From: Tubiluchus corallicola | Lineage: Eukaryota; Animalia; Priapulida | Assembly: GCA_030141605.1 (NCBI GenBank) | Contig: JAQGDQ010000255.1 | Span: 119,746 to 183,745 of the forward strand | Length of the DNA stretch: 64,000 nucleotides | Reading direction: 5' to 3' | Part shown: positions 1 to 11,950 of the stretch, in pieces | Numbering within the stretch: position 1 is the first letter of the stretch | Layout: every line of letters begins with the position of its first letter | The notes under the pieces: generated by a model | Told to the model about the DNA's origin: nothing | What the model saw: only the letters and a program-made list of their open reading frames with translations | Database searches by the model: none | Position numbers and translations under genes: made by a program

Positions 1-669
1 AACATGTAATACTACATAGGGATCCCTAGATTCAGTTGATTTGATTTTGTCTCCAAGAAAAAATTGCAATATAGTTTATTCTCATGGCAGTTTGAACTCA
101 CTTAATTAAAAACTCTTCATAATTAAACACGGAGTAAAATAACCCAAGTTTTATTGCTAAATTTTTTGTTTTGTCTAAAACAGTAAGTCATTTCCATTTT
201 GCAATTCTACATGTATAATTTTCTAAGCAACACGCATAATCTTATAGCAAAATAACATGATACAAACATGTGTTTCCACACGTAAAAGATTGTACATGTT
301 GCTTTGAAATTGGTGACTAAACTTCACAAAATTCGTAACTAAACTAATTATCATTTACAGCAAACGAGAAAAAAATGTGAAAGACCTAAATTTTTGTTAG
401 TTCATCTACAATATATTAGAGCTTTATGAACTCTAAATAATAAAAGCATCAATCCCAAAAATCTCGAAACACCAGAGATCGAGGTTTCCCATCCCGATCA
501 CCAATCCCATCAAAAAAGAGTGCAGGACGCTAAATTTTCGGTATTACAATTTCGGGATTAATAACGCTATTCAAAATGGAAATAATAAAAATTCTAGGGA
601 TAAATTTGGTAGATAAAGACAAACACATTACTCGGCACACAGAACAAAAACTCATTCACAACAACTGAC

Positions 670-795
670 CTCGCTGTCGAAGTTCTCACAACGAGCACGA
701 AGATTGTCGAATTCCGAGCGCATGGCCTTCATTTCACTTCGTGCTTCATAGGCGGCCTTGCTGTCTCTGTCAGCGACAGTTTTCAGATCTGCTAG
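670..795 (-). CDS. Lam: Lamin coding exon 5 (coil 2); gene continues left of the window
   Basis: LADLKTVADRDSKAAYEARSEMKAMRSEFDNLRARCENFDSE. TACAG acceptor, GTCAGT donor, 126 nt, the same length as vertebrate exon 5. Confidence 0.9.
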
Positions 796-1634
796 CTGTA
801 AAAAAGTTTGAATATATGCGTCACTCGAAACTTAAAACAAACCTAGAATTATTGTAATTCTTATAATACCGAGATTAAAATAACAGAAAACTAGTGCTGC
901 AAGCAAGCTACAGCATATGCCTCTCCAAGAGCATAAAACGAGAGTACGAAAACATACTTGCAACTAAACCCTGCCAAATGCACCAAATCCATTCTCATCC
1001 ATCTCCTCCGTGAAGAATGATTTCATTCTTTAATTCATTTTCAATTATTCCAAAATTATATGCACATGCAAGTGGTACGCAATTTTGCATTAAACTTTGT
1101 ATTACAAACTAAGTTTCATGAGGCGCTGAACAAAATCCATCATAGAAATAGCATCAACATCTGATCAGGCTGATTTTAAATCTTTTACTACTTTACAGTT
1201 AGAAAGGAAAGTTGAGAAACTAGAGTATACCAACACAACACTCCTTTTCCAAATTAAGAGAGTACAATTAGAATTTGCAACATTACAACCTCTAAGTCAG
1301 TACTCGACATGCTTCCATCCTAATAATGATTATTTCATTTTCAACAGCTCAGTATTATGTAACCATAAGTGGTATATAATTTGGTAGTAAATTTTGGATG
1401 ACCGCTTAAATTTGATGAGACGTGTAACAAAGTCCATCATAACTTCATTTACCTGAAATTTTTTTAGCCTAAGGGGGGTCAAATTTGATCTGAATGCAAT
1501 GAGAGTTTGCAGATTACATGTTAGGTTGCATTGCTCACCTGTTAGTTTAAGAAAAAAAATACTGAACCACCCACACACTTCAAAATAAAATCAGTCAAAT
1601 CACACTTGAAATGCTAAATTATCGATATCCATAC

Positions 1635-1805
1635 CTTGCTTTCGTACATTTGCTCAACTTCGTCACGAGCGAGAGCTATCTGCTCCTCATACTGATCCCT
1701 CAGTTCTCGCAGGGCGTCGGCGAGTCGGTGCTCGTACTCCTCGGTCAGACGAGTGTCCACCTCCTGAATTGCGACTTCCTTCTTTGTTCGGATTTCACTG
1801 ACTTC
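1635..1805 (-). CDS. Lam: Lamin coding exon 4 (linker L12 / coil 2 start)
   Basis: EVSEIRTKKEVAIQEVDTRLTEEYEHRLADALRELRDQYEEQIALARDEVEQMYESK. CAG acceptor, GTATG donor, 171 nt, the same length as vertebrate LMNA exon 4. Confidence 0.95.
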
Positions 1806-2495
1806 CTGGGAAAAGTGACAAAATCTATTTAGCTAAGGTTCACTATGCATACAGTTAGAACTACAACAATCTATCTAATTATAAAACTACTATCGCAAAA
1901 CACCCAATGCTGTTACATCGAATTGTAAGGTAAAGTATGGCAGTTTCACACACTTCAGTCATTTATTTTTGATAGTCTTGTTACTTTTTGCTACCATGTT
2001 CTATTTGATCAAGTTAAGCTCATGGCTTTACATGAATTCTGCATGGATTAAATGCGCATGGAAGCCCCATTGTACTCTGTCCTGCGGAAATGGTGAGAAG
2101 AAACAAGTGAATCTGGTCCATCAACTTGGAAGTTTTATGATAAAATGGACATGATGGTCACCCGCGTACATAATGCCAAAACTCAGCAGTAATCTCAGCC
2201 ACCGCAAAAGCTAAATGACCATGGATGAACGCCATTTTTCTTATTAATTAAACATTTAGTGTGTAGACACAATCCATGCAGGATTCATGTAAAAACCACG
2301 TAATAGGGTGTAACAGGATTCATGTAATAAGGTGCATTTATGTAGAACACTATTTTTCATTGATCTGTTTTATTATTTGACTAAAGATGAAGTCATAAGA
2401 GTACTGAGCGAAACATTTTTAGTTAAAAGATCTGGTTGTTTATATTGTTATTGATAACAACAATAGTTAACATACTAACTATCCCAAGTTCTTAC

Positions 2496-2645
2496 ATTCT
2501 TGTGGAGATTATTCTGAAACTCCATCTCTTCTTTGAGACTCTGGCAGCGGTTTTCCAGATCAACACGGAGCAAGGTCTCGTTCTCCAGCTCTTTCTGCGC
2601 CGAATCCAGTTGCACCTTGAGTGCGTCCAACTCCTTTTTGAGTGC
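2496..2645 (-). CDS. Lam: Lamin coding exon 3
   Basis: ALKKELDALKVQLDSAQKELENETLLRVDLENRCQSLKEEMEFQNNLHKN, containing the conserved ETLLRVDLENRCQSLKEE motif. TAG acceptor, GTAAG donor, 150 nt. Confidence 0.96.
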
Positions 2646-3628
2646 CTAGTAAGAAAATTTGAAATGAACTACCACGTTCTACGATTGGGCAATGCAGATA
2701 TTAAATTCAGCTGAAAAGTGACATCTTGCAATCAATTATGTTGTCGACAGTGCTCCTGATATTGACGAAAAACAGAGATTTCACACAAGGAAAATTTATC
2801 ATTTACTGCTTATCATTATTAACAATAACGAACAGAAATAAATTGGCGATCAGTTACTGCAACATGGCGTACTGATTCATACCCTAATTTTACACCAGTT
2901 ATATTCACTCACACAATGAGATATGTGCATATGGATAATGGATGAGGTGAGTGAATTTGACTTTTGGACTAGTGGTCATTTCATAAACATTTATCTATCA
3001 GTTTGCAAACAGTTCATGAAATGATTTTATCTGAAATTGGACTGGTTCCAGTTGGCAATGTGCCAATGCAGTTGCAAAAATTGTTTTGTTCTGCCGTGAC
3101 TCTGGTCAAGGTGTGGCAAGAAGCTAATAGTGTTCCCGTAGACAACGGAAGTTTGTGGTGACTATATGCAATACACAGAAGCCAGCCACGATTGTACATA
3201 GTTAAATGATTAGAAAGCTTTATGTTTACCAATGAACAAACTTTAATAGCATAAATTCAAACATTTGCATCAACATAACTGAGCAGGTACATTGAAAAAC
3301 TAGGTGAAATTGAAATAAATGACCCAGCTCTTTAATTTCAAAAAGATTATTTGAAACATAGAGTACATTTAGCAAATGTATCTGGGTCAGATCCACTGAC
3401 CGGGAAACGATAAAAAAGTTGTTTTTTAACAAAAAAACTCTGAACATGGCAATATAGTATTAAAACACTAAGGAAAGTTTTTTAAATGTTTAAAATTTTA
3501 CGACAGCATTTCTAAGGTTAAAATCAAGAGCGAAACTCTAATTAGTTACATATAAGCATTCCGGGAAAAACCAGGTAGACAGAGTTAAGAATTGTAGATT
3601 CATAAATGTCATCTTAATAAGCTTTTAC

Positions 3629-3761
3629 CCTGAGTTCATCCTCAAATTTTTTCCGTTCTTGCAATGCCTGGTTCAGACGAGTGTTCAAATCGTTGACGGA
3701 ACTTTCGGCAGCTGAGAGTTTCTTCTCCGCTGACGCCAAATCGCGAGTTGCTCTTGATAAT
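3629..3761 (-). CDS. Lam: Lamin coding exon 2 (coil 1B, lamin-type extra heptads)
   Basis: Acceptor TTACAG, reads (K)LSRATRDLASAEKKLSAAESSVNDLNTRLNQALQERKKFEDELR, donor GTAAAAG. 133 nt, phases fit exons 1 and 3. Confidence 0.92.
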
Positions 3762-4543
3762 CTGTAAGGAAATATAAGTGATAGAGATCTGTATTTATTT
3801 ATAACATAAGCTCACACTAAATTGCATATAACCTTAAAAATACTCACTGATCAAATCACTGACCAGATTTTTACCTTTTTTACCTGACTTGATTAAATGA
3901 ATGAAAGTGTCAATGCAATTTAACGAATTTAAGAAATAAATGTCCCTGTATAAATCAAGACACACCTTGAATTTGTAAAGGTTTAATAAAATGTAAGCAA
4001 ATGAACTTCCACAAATTCACTTTAATGCCAGGAGACATGTTCATTTCTCAGTTTACTAAAGCTGAAATGGAAAATAAAAATTCCATGAATATGGGAACAG
4101 AAATTTTAAAACTAGCCAGAGCGAAACTAAACTTCGGGGCTGCATCCCTGAGAAGTCTTGTAGGTTCATTATCAGCAATGTAACATAGCTAATTAACTAT
4201 GTTAGCAGTGATGGCAAATTGAATTAATAGTGGGCCCGGTCCATCATTAATAATTACAAAATATCCTTGATATTAAGATCTTATATGGGTAGGCCTAATT
4301 AATTTTTTGACTGTCCATGCCTTCTACTAAGATGTACCTCTAGATGAAAACTAGACAGATTCTATGTTAACATTTATTATAACATAGCAATGTTGTCAAA
4401 TGTATACCTTAAGTTGGGGGTATGAGTATTGATTAGTTTGAGTGATTTAGTCCTAGTGAGAGTGGCAAGCTTCGTGGCACAAAGGTTGTTAATCTAGAAT
4501 TTCAGGCAGGATACAGTTATACATATAGTTTAACATCCTTGCA

Positions 4544-4800
4544 GTGCATTCAGACTAGGGAGTTTTCTCATCAAGTAACTCGCAAATGAGATTAGACGAG
4601 AGAGCAAAACTTGCTGTGAGTTACTCTCCGACTCGTAAGTGCTGGCTGAGTAACTCACTGAGGCGTTTACAATTGACAGTAACTTACAGGAAATCAACTC
4701 GCAGTAACTGTTGGAGAGTTTGCGATAACTTGCTCATAAAGCAGTTAATATTTGCAAGTTTGCTGTCAGAGAGAAAACTCGCGAACTAGTCTGAACACAC
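4544..4800. mobile_element. Small non-autonomous DNA transposon (MITE, PIF/Harbinger-like ends) in lamin intron 1
   Basis: Left GTGCATTCAGACTAGGGAGTTTTCTC and right GAGAAAACTCGCGAACTAGTCTGAACACAC are imperfect inverted repeats, with internal AGTAACTCGC-like subrepeats. Confidence 0.65.
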
Positions 4801-5010
4801 AGTTACAGTTATTATCGATGCAACTGTGGTTTCTTTAAATTAAATGTACACTACTACTGCCAAAATTTATTTCCACTCAAATTTCAAAGCTGATATAAGT
4901 TTCTGCACTGTATGGCCCAATACAGCTAATAAACCTGAAAAAAGGCTACACTCGCCTCTATTTTTGGATCGATGAGCAACTTATTTTTCACTTTTTATCA
5001 ACTTTTAAGC

Positions 5011-5695
5011 AAACTAGAAAGACTCAAAAATAAGAACAATGATAATAAAGTCACTGCTATAATCGCTCTTTTGAGAGATTAAACACAAATAACTGTATGG
5101 ATTTTGCAAGTTTTAACACAAAAGAGACTCAGAGGTATTTAAAATTATCATCCAGTTTAACCAAAATACGTTAGTTTGCCAAATTTAGCCTCAATTCCAG
5201 TTCAGAAAACTAGTTCAGTTGATAAAAGAAAAGACATAGTTTCTTGATAAATAAACCAATACTAATTATAAATAAACTTTGAAAAACAGAACAAGCAATG
5301 GAAGCACTCAGCTTGTTTGTAAACTGTTTATATATACATGACGATTAATAAACTAGTAATAATAAAATGCAAAGAATCCAGGTTGATTTAAAGTGCCACT
5401 AGACAATGGACCACTGTGGTCTAGTCACTGGTGAGCGTTAAGCACACCAGGCAAATACATTACAGATCTCTCCGGCCTTTCATTATAAGGAGGCTGTGCA
5501 CTTGAAATCTGGCTGACCTAGATGATACAGACGCACCTGTCTGAACTGTACATTCCAAGTCATTTGTGTATTGATCACGCGGTACAGTAGCACACGGTGA
5601 AGGAGACACGTTGAAAAATCACCCCAATAACTAATTTGGAGACCGTAACACGTGGTTATAAATTCAATTAAAATAAATGCATCTAGATGAATCAT
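5011..5695 (+). repeat. Diverged direct repeat, copy 1 (partner at 10253-10850)
   Basis: Shared blocks in the same order, e.g. GATAAAAGAAAAGACATAG, TTATAAATAAACTTT.AAAAACAGAACAAGCA.TGGAAGCA, CATGACGATTAATAAA, CTGACCTAGATGAT, GAACTGTACATTC, GTACAGTAGCAC, ATCTAGATGA. Confidence 0.9.
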
Positions 5696-8600
5696 TCTTT
5701 TGAGTATTTTAGCAATGTGACACTAAACATGCTATGTGGTCAGACAGAAAAGCATGCTTCGATATCCAAAGACTGTGGAGCTACAGAGATATTCTTTTTA
5801 CTTTTTATGTATTATAGAAAGAGTGATAGGTTTATTAAGTGGATAACTCTGTACTTAATTACAGTGTAACCTGAGGATTCAACGATCAGACTTTAAGCTT
5901 TTAGAATAATAACGCGTATAGGTATACATCAAAGAACTATTTACGTTAATAGTTTAATATAAAATGAATGTTCTAGTATTGCGTTCTCATTTCTAATTCA
6001 TCACCCATACAACCGGACCCCCTGCCTCTTTCACAAAAGTGTTCATCCTATCTCCTCCTTTTTTCAACCTTTTGCTTACATGTTCCAAAATTTCCACTCT
6101 AGCCCGTCACTTCGTGTTCATCACAGGTTTTTCTTTTAAATACTGCATTCAATATGCATTGGAATTTGCAGTACTCACACACAGGTTGACCTGTCGAGCT
6201 TATGTTCTAGAACTATTTATGTCCATCACATATAAATTTATACAAAGAATAACAATATGTAACATTTTTGGAATCTGATTAGGTTTGTAAATGTTGGTGA
6301 AACTCGTGGCAATAATTTTGCGTCGACAGCATCTGAACGAATTCAAAAATCCATTCCAGTTGATGTGTAAAGAAGGCAGTGTATCGAAAACAATGTTATA
6401 GCGCGTCAGCGACCTGTTAAACTTTTCAAATACCTCAAGTTCTGCGCGGTTGAAATTTTCACAGTAACAGACACACACTCGAATTCCTATCCATTGTCAA
6501 TTCGTGTTTTCATACGCCAAGGCGTCGTAGCTTTGAGCAAATTTTAGTTTTGCCAAGGATCCCATCTGCCATGTACTCTACAGCACAAACTAAACAAACG
6601 TTGGAAATCAACGGCAGCTGCATATATACGCTGACTTTACGGGATTATAATGGGGATATAATATATACGCTGTTAGAGTTTAGTATGATAATGAAGCTTA
6701 TCAGTTTGGTACAGCATCGCGCTCACCGGATAGGATGCGGTAGACCATAGTACTGTACAGGGAATACAATTATTATCCGTCAGGGTTAAATCTGTTTTAT
6801 TACTTCAAGCGTGGGTGGAAGTAAAGCAACATGCCTGTTACTGTTTGAGCAACAACTAATTTGTTAATTACAGTATACAACACACAGATATATCATCAGT
6901 AATAGTGGATTAACTGAAAACACGTTAAACGTTTGCATTTTTATAAACCGAATTCCTTGAAACAAAAACCACGTAAAACACGTAAAAATTGCTCCTTTTT
7001 TTGGTCACTGTTATTTCACTGTTTTTTCGGCATTGTCGCAATAATGAACAGGTAGTTACTGTATCACTAACGCTTTTTTCATTACATTGCAATAACTACC
7101 ACCACTGTAACCAAATTTACATTTTTTTCATGACATACACTGCTGTCTACTTATATCTCAAAAAACGTTCCCAAGTTTTGATTATAAATTATAAGAAGAA
7201 AATGATGGAACTTCTTGAAAGTTACCACACTGATGCTGCAAATACTTCTGTATAAAGGCCAAAAATTTTAGGTCATTCCCTTAGATTTCTCCAAATTTAT
7301 AGAGAGGCTTTAAATCAACAAGCCAAAAAAATAAATGCTGGAAAAAATTAGTACGTCACCACTGTTAAAATCTACATCAAATGCTCTACGTGAAAATGTA
7401 TCTACCATTTCAAATGCAAAATAGACAAAAGCATTTCTTCCAACGGCTGATACAATTTTATTATTTGCTCCCAGCACTAAAAAAATGTTGACTTTAGTTC
7501 TCCGGCATCAAAAGGATCTGTGGTCAGTTCATATACTGTCTGTTTAACAAAATTCCAGATACACTAAACACATTCTATAGAATTAGGCCCCGTTTTTTCT
7601 TGACAACAAGTTTTTATCCGTGCTCGAAGGCTTATGATGAAGACCTTGTTGTTGTAAACTAGTACTTGATTTCTTCATTGTTTTGCTGACATGTAATGAG
7701 TGCATTATAAATATGTCATTGCGGATATTTTTCAATTCATGTTCAGCTGACATTATTTTGGCATTTAATCTTCTAACACATCCTAACTTAAAAACTAACT
7801 AAAGCTATAAAGATGAAACTTTTGCAGTCAAAAGCTAATGTTCTGTAATAGCACTCCACGAAATTTCAGCTATGTAGAGCACTTGTTTCTAATATTTTTA
7901 TAGTTTAAACTATGGCACATGTCATTTGCCCTACCTGATATATTAAAATGCAAATAAATAAACAAACAAAAAATCTTAACTGCAATCAGCAGTTAGTCAG
8001 TCAAGTACAATTAAGCCACTTCTACAAACTTTAGAAGCTCAGTCGCAGCATAATACTTTTAGACTTACATTAGCCGAATTATTTTCTCATTCAGCCAGTC
8101 AGTCAGTTAGTTACAATGAACATTTACAAAGCAGCAAAAGAGAAACAACTCTTACTGAAAAGGGGGGAGTTTTTAGTGTCTCTATCAATTACTTCCAGCG
8201 AGTTCAGTGGTTTAAGAGAATGTCATCACAAACTGTATACCCTAATCTGAACAGAAGTAACCAAATTAGTGAGTGAACAAAATAACTGGAGTCAATCAGT
8301 CAACAAAACTGTAAATTTTATGTAAAACATTCAAAAAAGTGAATTTAAGAAACACAAAAACAAACCTAATTCAGAAAAAAATAATTTAAAAACTGGAAGG
8401 GCACCACAGAACTAAACGATCACCTGGGCAGGCTTTAAGAAAACCCGAAAGCACTATAAGATATGCCAAATCCTTAAGAAAAAACATTAAAATTAGGAAA
8501 AAGCTATGAGATTTGAGAGGACCTTATGTTCACCAAATTTAACAAACGTACAAAACAATTTTATATAGGCCTACACAGCACTACTAAACAATATCTTTAA

Positions 8601-9508
8601 ATTACCAATTTTTGCAAGCTGTATACAAAATGTTCAACTCTTCCTAAGCCAACAAATGTTGCCGTTAATAATAAACTGATTACTAACTCATGTTGGTCGA
8701 CGATCAGTGAACACCTTTAAAACTAGCAAATTCCAACAAATGTGAAATGAGTGCGCTTCATCTTGACCCTGGAATTTGGGTTAAGGGGAAATTATGCCCT
8801 TAAATTTTTTTGTTTTTTTAATAGCAAAATCAAATTATCAAAAAAATTTGAGGTAAAAAATGAAGGTACCAGTGAGTACTCTTATGCTGTTATTGGAGTT
8901 CATCTATGCTTTACATATATAAATATGGTAATTTCTTTTGTAGATATGAAAAAGCTCAAAAAAGTTGCTTAATTTTCAGTAACTGTAATGCCCTTTAGTA
9001 TAATACACATTGTGAGATTCATGAGTGCTACTATATTATTGAATGTAGCACTACTAATTGTGTTGTGACAGCAAAGAAAGACGGGTGATTTGCAAACTTG
9101 CGTGTGAAGTTGTGGAATGCATGTGAACTGAAATTTGATGCGTATGTACGTGTGAAAAACTTAAAATGTGTGTGATACAAATCTAATGCATGAGAGTTGG
9201 CAGGCCTGTTAATGACAACTGCATGTGCACTTTTGATCATTTAATTACAGTTGAAAAATGGAAGACTGATCTTATTTGATTCTATCAAAAATAAAGATCT
9301 TGGACATAAACATAAATTATATAGGCCTACATGATGTTTAAAATACATCTCTCTGTTACAAACAGCAGTAATTTAGTAAGATTATAATTAAATACTATAC
9401 TGCTATCTAATGGCAAGACAGAGGGAAAAACTTCGCCGTATAGAGCTGTGAATTATAGGCCTGTAGACATTTGATACTTAAAACTATATTGTTTAAAGTT
9501 ATACGTAC

Positions 9509-9897
9509 TTTGCCCTCAAATCATCGTTCTCTTTTTCGTATTTGCCATTTTCTATTGATAGCCTAGCTTTTTCCTTTGCAGTTTCATCTAGCAATCTTCG
9601 AGCATCTGCTAATTCCGTTTCGTACAAAGCTTTGACGTTTGTTATCTCTCGTGTTACCGTCTCTTCGCTGTGTCTAACTTGGTAATGCAACTGAGCATTT
9701 TCATTTTCTAGATTTTTAACTTTATCAATGTAGTTAGCGAGACGATCATTTAAATTAACCAGTTCTTCTTTCTCTTGGAGTCGAGTGATCTTTGCTGGCG
9801 ATAACGGTGATTGAGGTCGAGGTGGAGCTCTTTGTTGCTGATGCGGCGTAGAAGTACTTGGCTGGTGAACGGGTTTCCTTGGCGATCTTGTAGCCAT
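9509..9897 (-). CDS. Lam: Nuclear lamin (B-type-like), coding exon 1: head, CDK1 site, coil 1A/1B start
   Basis: MATRSPRK...[38 protein letters not shown]...[23 protein letters not shown] is the lamin head/coil-1A signature. Phase-2 donor AA|GTACGT at 9508. Confidence 0.97.
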
Positions 9898-9899
9898 TT

Positions 9900-10210
9900 T
9901 TTATATGGTATTCTGTGTAATTCAAGAGTAATTCGTACCACAAAAAAAGCTTAAAAAATTGCCGGCAAAACCCGGCGTGGCAAGCGGTTAACGCAATATG
10001 GCAGTGCGCGCGATACAGATATTCTTTATCTTTTAAAAGTGCAGTGCTATCAGAGCGGAACGAACGGCACTTTTCTACGACTTATACAAGGAAAGAAAGT
10101 GGCGGAATAATTATTTTAGTTTGACAAAGTTGACACTTAGAGTGAGAGGCTGAGAGATAATGGCACCATTGTGAGATGAATTGGTGTTCAAAATGGAGCG
10201 CCAAAATTTT
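9900..10210 (-). promoter_or_regulatory. Probable lamin 5'UTR / proximal promoter
   Basis: CpG-enriched patch (GCCGGCAAAACCCGGCGTGGCAAGCGG, GTGCGCGCGA) immediately upstream of the lamin ATG in AT-rich surroundings. Confidence 0.5.
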
Positions 10211-10252
10211 ATTAATTACGCGAGACACTTATCACTGGTCGTTCCTTTAAAC

Positions 10253-10850
10253 AAACTAGACAGACTCGAAACTAAACAGGAAAAACAAGGGCAACAACAA
10301 AAACATCACAAGCACTGTGAATGCCCTTTTGAGAGATAGTCATAAAAAACATAGTCATAATTATAACTCAGTGTATAAATTTTGCAAGTTTATACATAAC
10401 AGTGGCATCCATTTAAAAAGTTAATTTGCCAAATTTGGCTCAATTACAGTTTAGGAAACCAGTTCAGTAGATAAAAGAAAAGACATAGATTCTTGGAAAA
10501 AACAACACTAGTTATAAATAAACTTTCAAAAACAGAACAAGCAGTGGAAGCATTTAGTTTGATTGTAAACTGTTTTTAAGCATGACGATTAATAAATAAT
10601 GCAAAGAGTCCAGGCTGGATTTAAAGTGTTTCTAGCAATGGTCAATTATGGGCTAGTATATACCACAAGGTCTTTCAAAATTCTTTGCCTTCAGGGAAGC
10701 TATGATGTTGAAATCTAACTGACCTAGATGATGCAGAAGCACCAGTCAGAACTGTACATTCAAAGCTTTTATGTGCAGATCACGAAGTACAGTAGCACGC
10801 AGTGAAGGATATAAAGTCGATTAAAATAAGTGTATCTAGATGAGTCAATT
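10253..10850 (+). repeat. Diverged direct repeat, copy 2, inside the lamin-Islet intergenic region
   Basis: Colinear with 5011-5695, with internal deletions. Confidence 0.9.
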
Positions 10851-11669
10851 AAGCTTGAACTGCAGCGGAACATGTTGAAGTTTAATTTGATGGGATTTAT
10901 TGTCTCTTGACTCTTTCTTCTTCGTCTTTGCTACAGCATCTCAAAAAACTTTGAAAAAATGCTGCATAAAAGAGAATTTCGTGAAAAAGGTATTTTGAAA
11001 TTAAATTGCTTTGGTGATGCGATAAGTTTAGACTGCTTGTCAGCAATAAAATTTTAACGTGTCAGGTGGCAAATGTTCTGAAAATAATAGGACTAGCCCT
11101 GTATTTCTACTGCAACTTGAGATATCAATCTTTCAATTTATATTACTGTCCTGTCCATTTCATCCTCTTTCAGCGACTGTTTGGTTACTTTAGAAGGGAT
11201 AGCAGAGATGGCGCCACCATGCTAATCTTGACAGTAATTTGTAACATGTCTAGAAACTCAAGCAATCAAAAATATCTTTAGAATTAAGTTAACAATCGCG
11301 GTTGTAATAAATAAATTTTAACGCTGCCTTTTCATATTAAGACGCATTTATCGGTTTGTTACCACTAAAGACAAAGGTAGATTGATTATTTTTTGATACA
11401 AAAGTAATAGTGTAGTTTAGTGTTGTTTAGGAACATTATCAAAACAAGCAATTGCGAATTTACATTATGAACGTTATATAGCGGCATTAGCAGGCAACTG
11501 AGGCCAGGCATAAAATTAAATGATTAAGCAAAATTAACAGTCGTTAGCATTAAGGAGCTTTGTTTACAGCTAGTTTTATGAAATTTATCAAAACTAGACG
11601 GGCAGAATTGAAATTATTTGTATTCGTCGGCAACAGATGACGCCAGTGCAGCAAAATACCAGAAATTTT

Positions 11670-11810
11670 CCCATGCTGCACGTGATGACGAGTAATTATT
11701 CTTCAGCCAATGAAATTCACCCGCCCCTTGCATATGTAACTTGTATTATAAATGTCGACAATTCTCGGCGTCCAATAGAATATTGTTGAACAGTGCAGTT
11801 TAGTTGAATG
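11670..11810 (+). promoter_or_regulatory. Islet proximal/core promoter
   Basis: CACGTG 11679-84, CCAAT 11707-11, GC box CCCGCCCC 11720-27 and TATAAA 11747-52 in canonical order, about 130-200 nt upstream of the ATG. Confidence 0.65.
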
Positions 11811-11880
11811 TGCGAGTTTTGCGTGTCTGTGAGAAAATAATACTTTAGCGATTGGAAAACTTGCAGTTTCCGCTTCGTGG

Positions 11881-11950
11881 ATGCTTGCCGTTACGAAAAT
11901 GCAAAACGGGGATAGTGCGGTAACGGAAATACCGCCGCTATGTTCGAAAA
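11881..11950 (+). CDS. Isl: Islet LIM-homeodomain protein, coding exon 1
   Basis: MLAVTKMQNGDSAVTEIPPLCSK(K), phase-1 donor A|GTAAGA matching the exon 2 phase, as in vertebrate ISL1 (..DPPKK|). Second in-frame ATG at 11899. Confidence 0.78.

Noticed and set aside
6200-6478. 92-aa minus-strand ORF in lamin intron 1 as a transposase relic
   Set aside because: No recognisable catalytic or DNA-binding motif. Would need a profile search.
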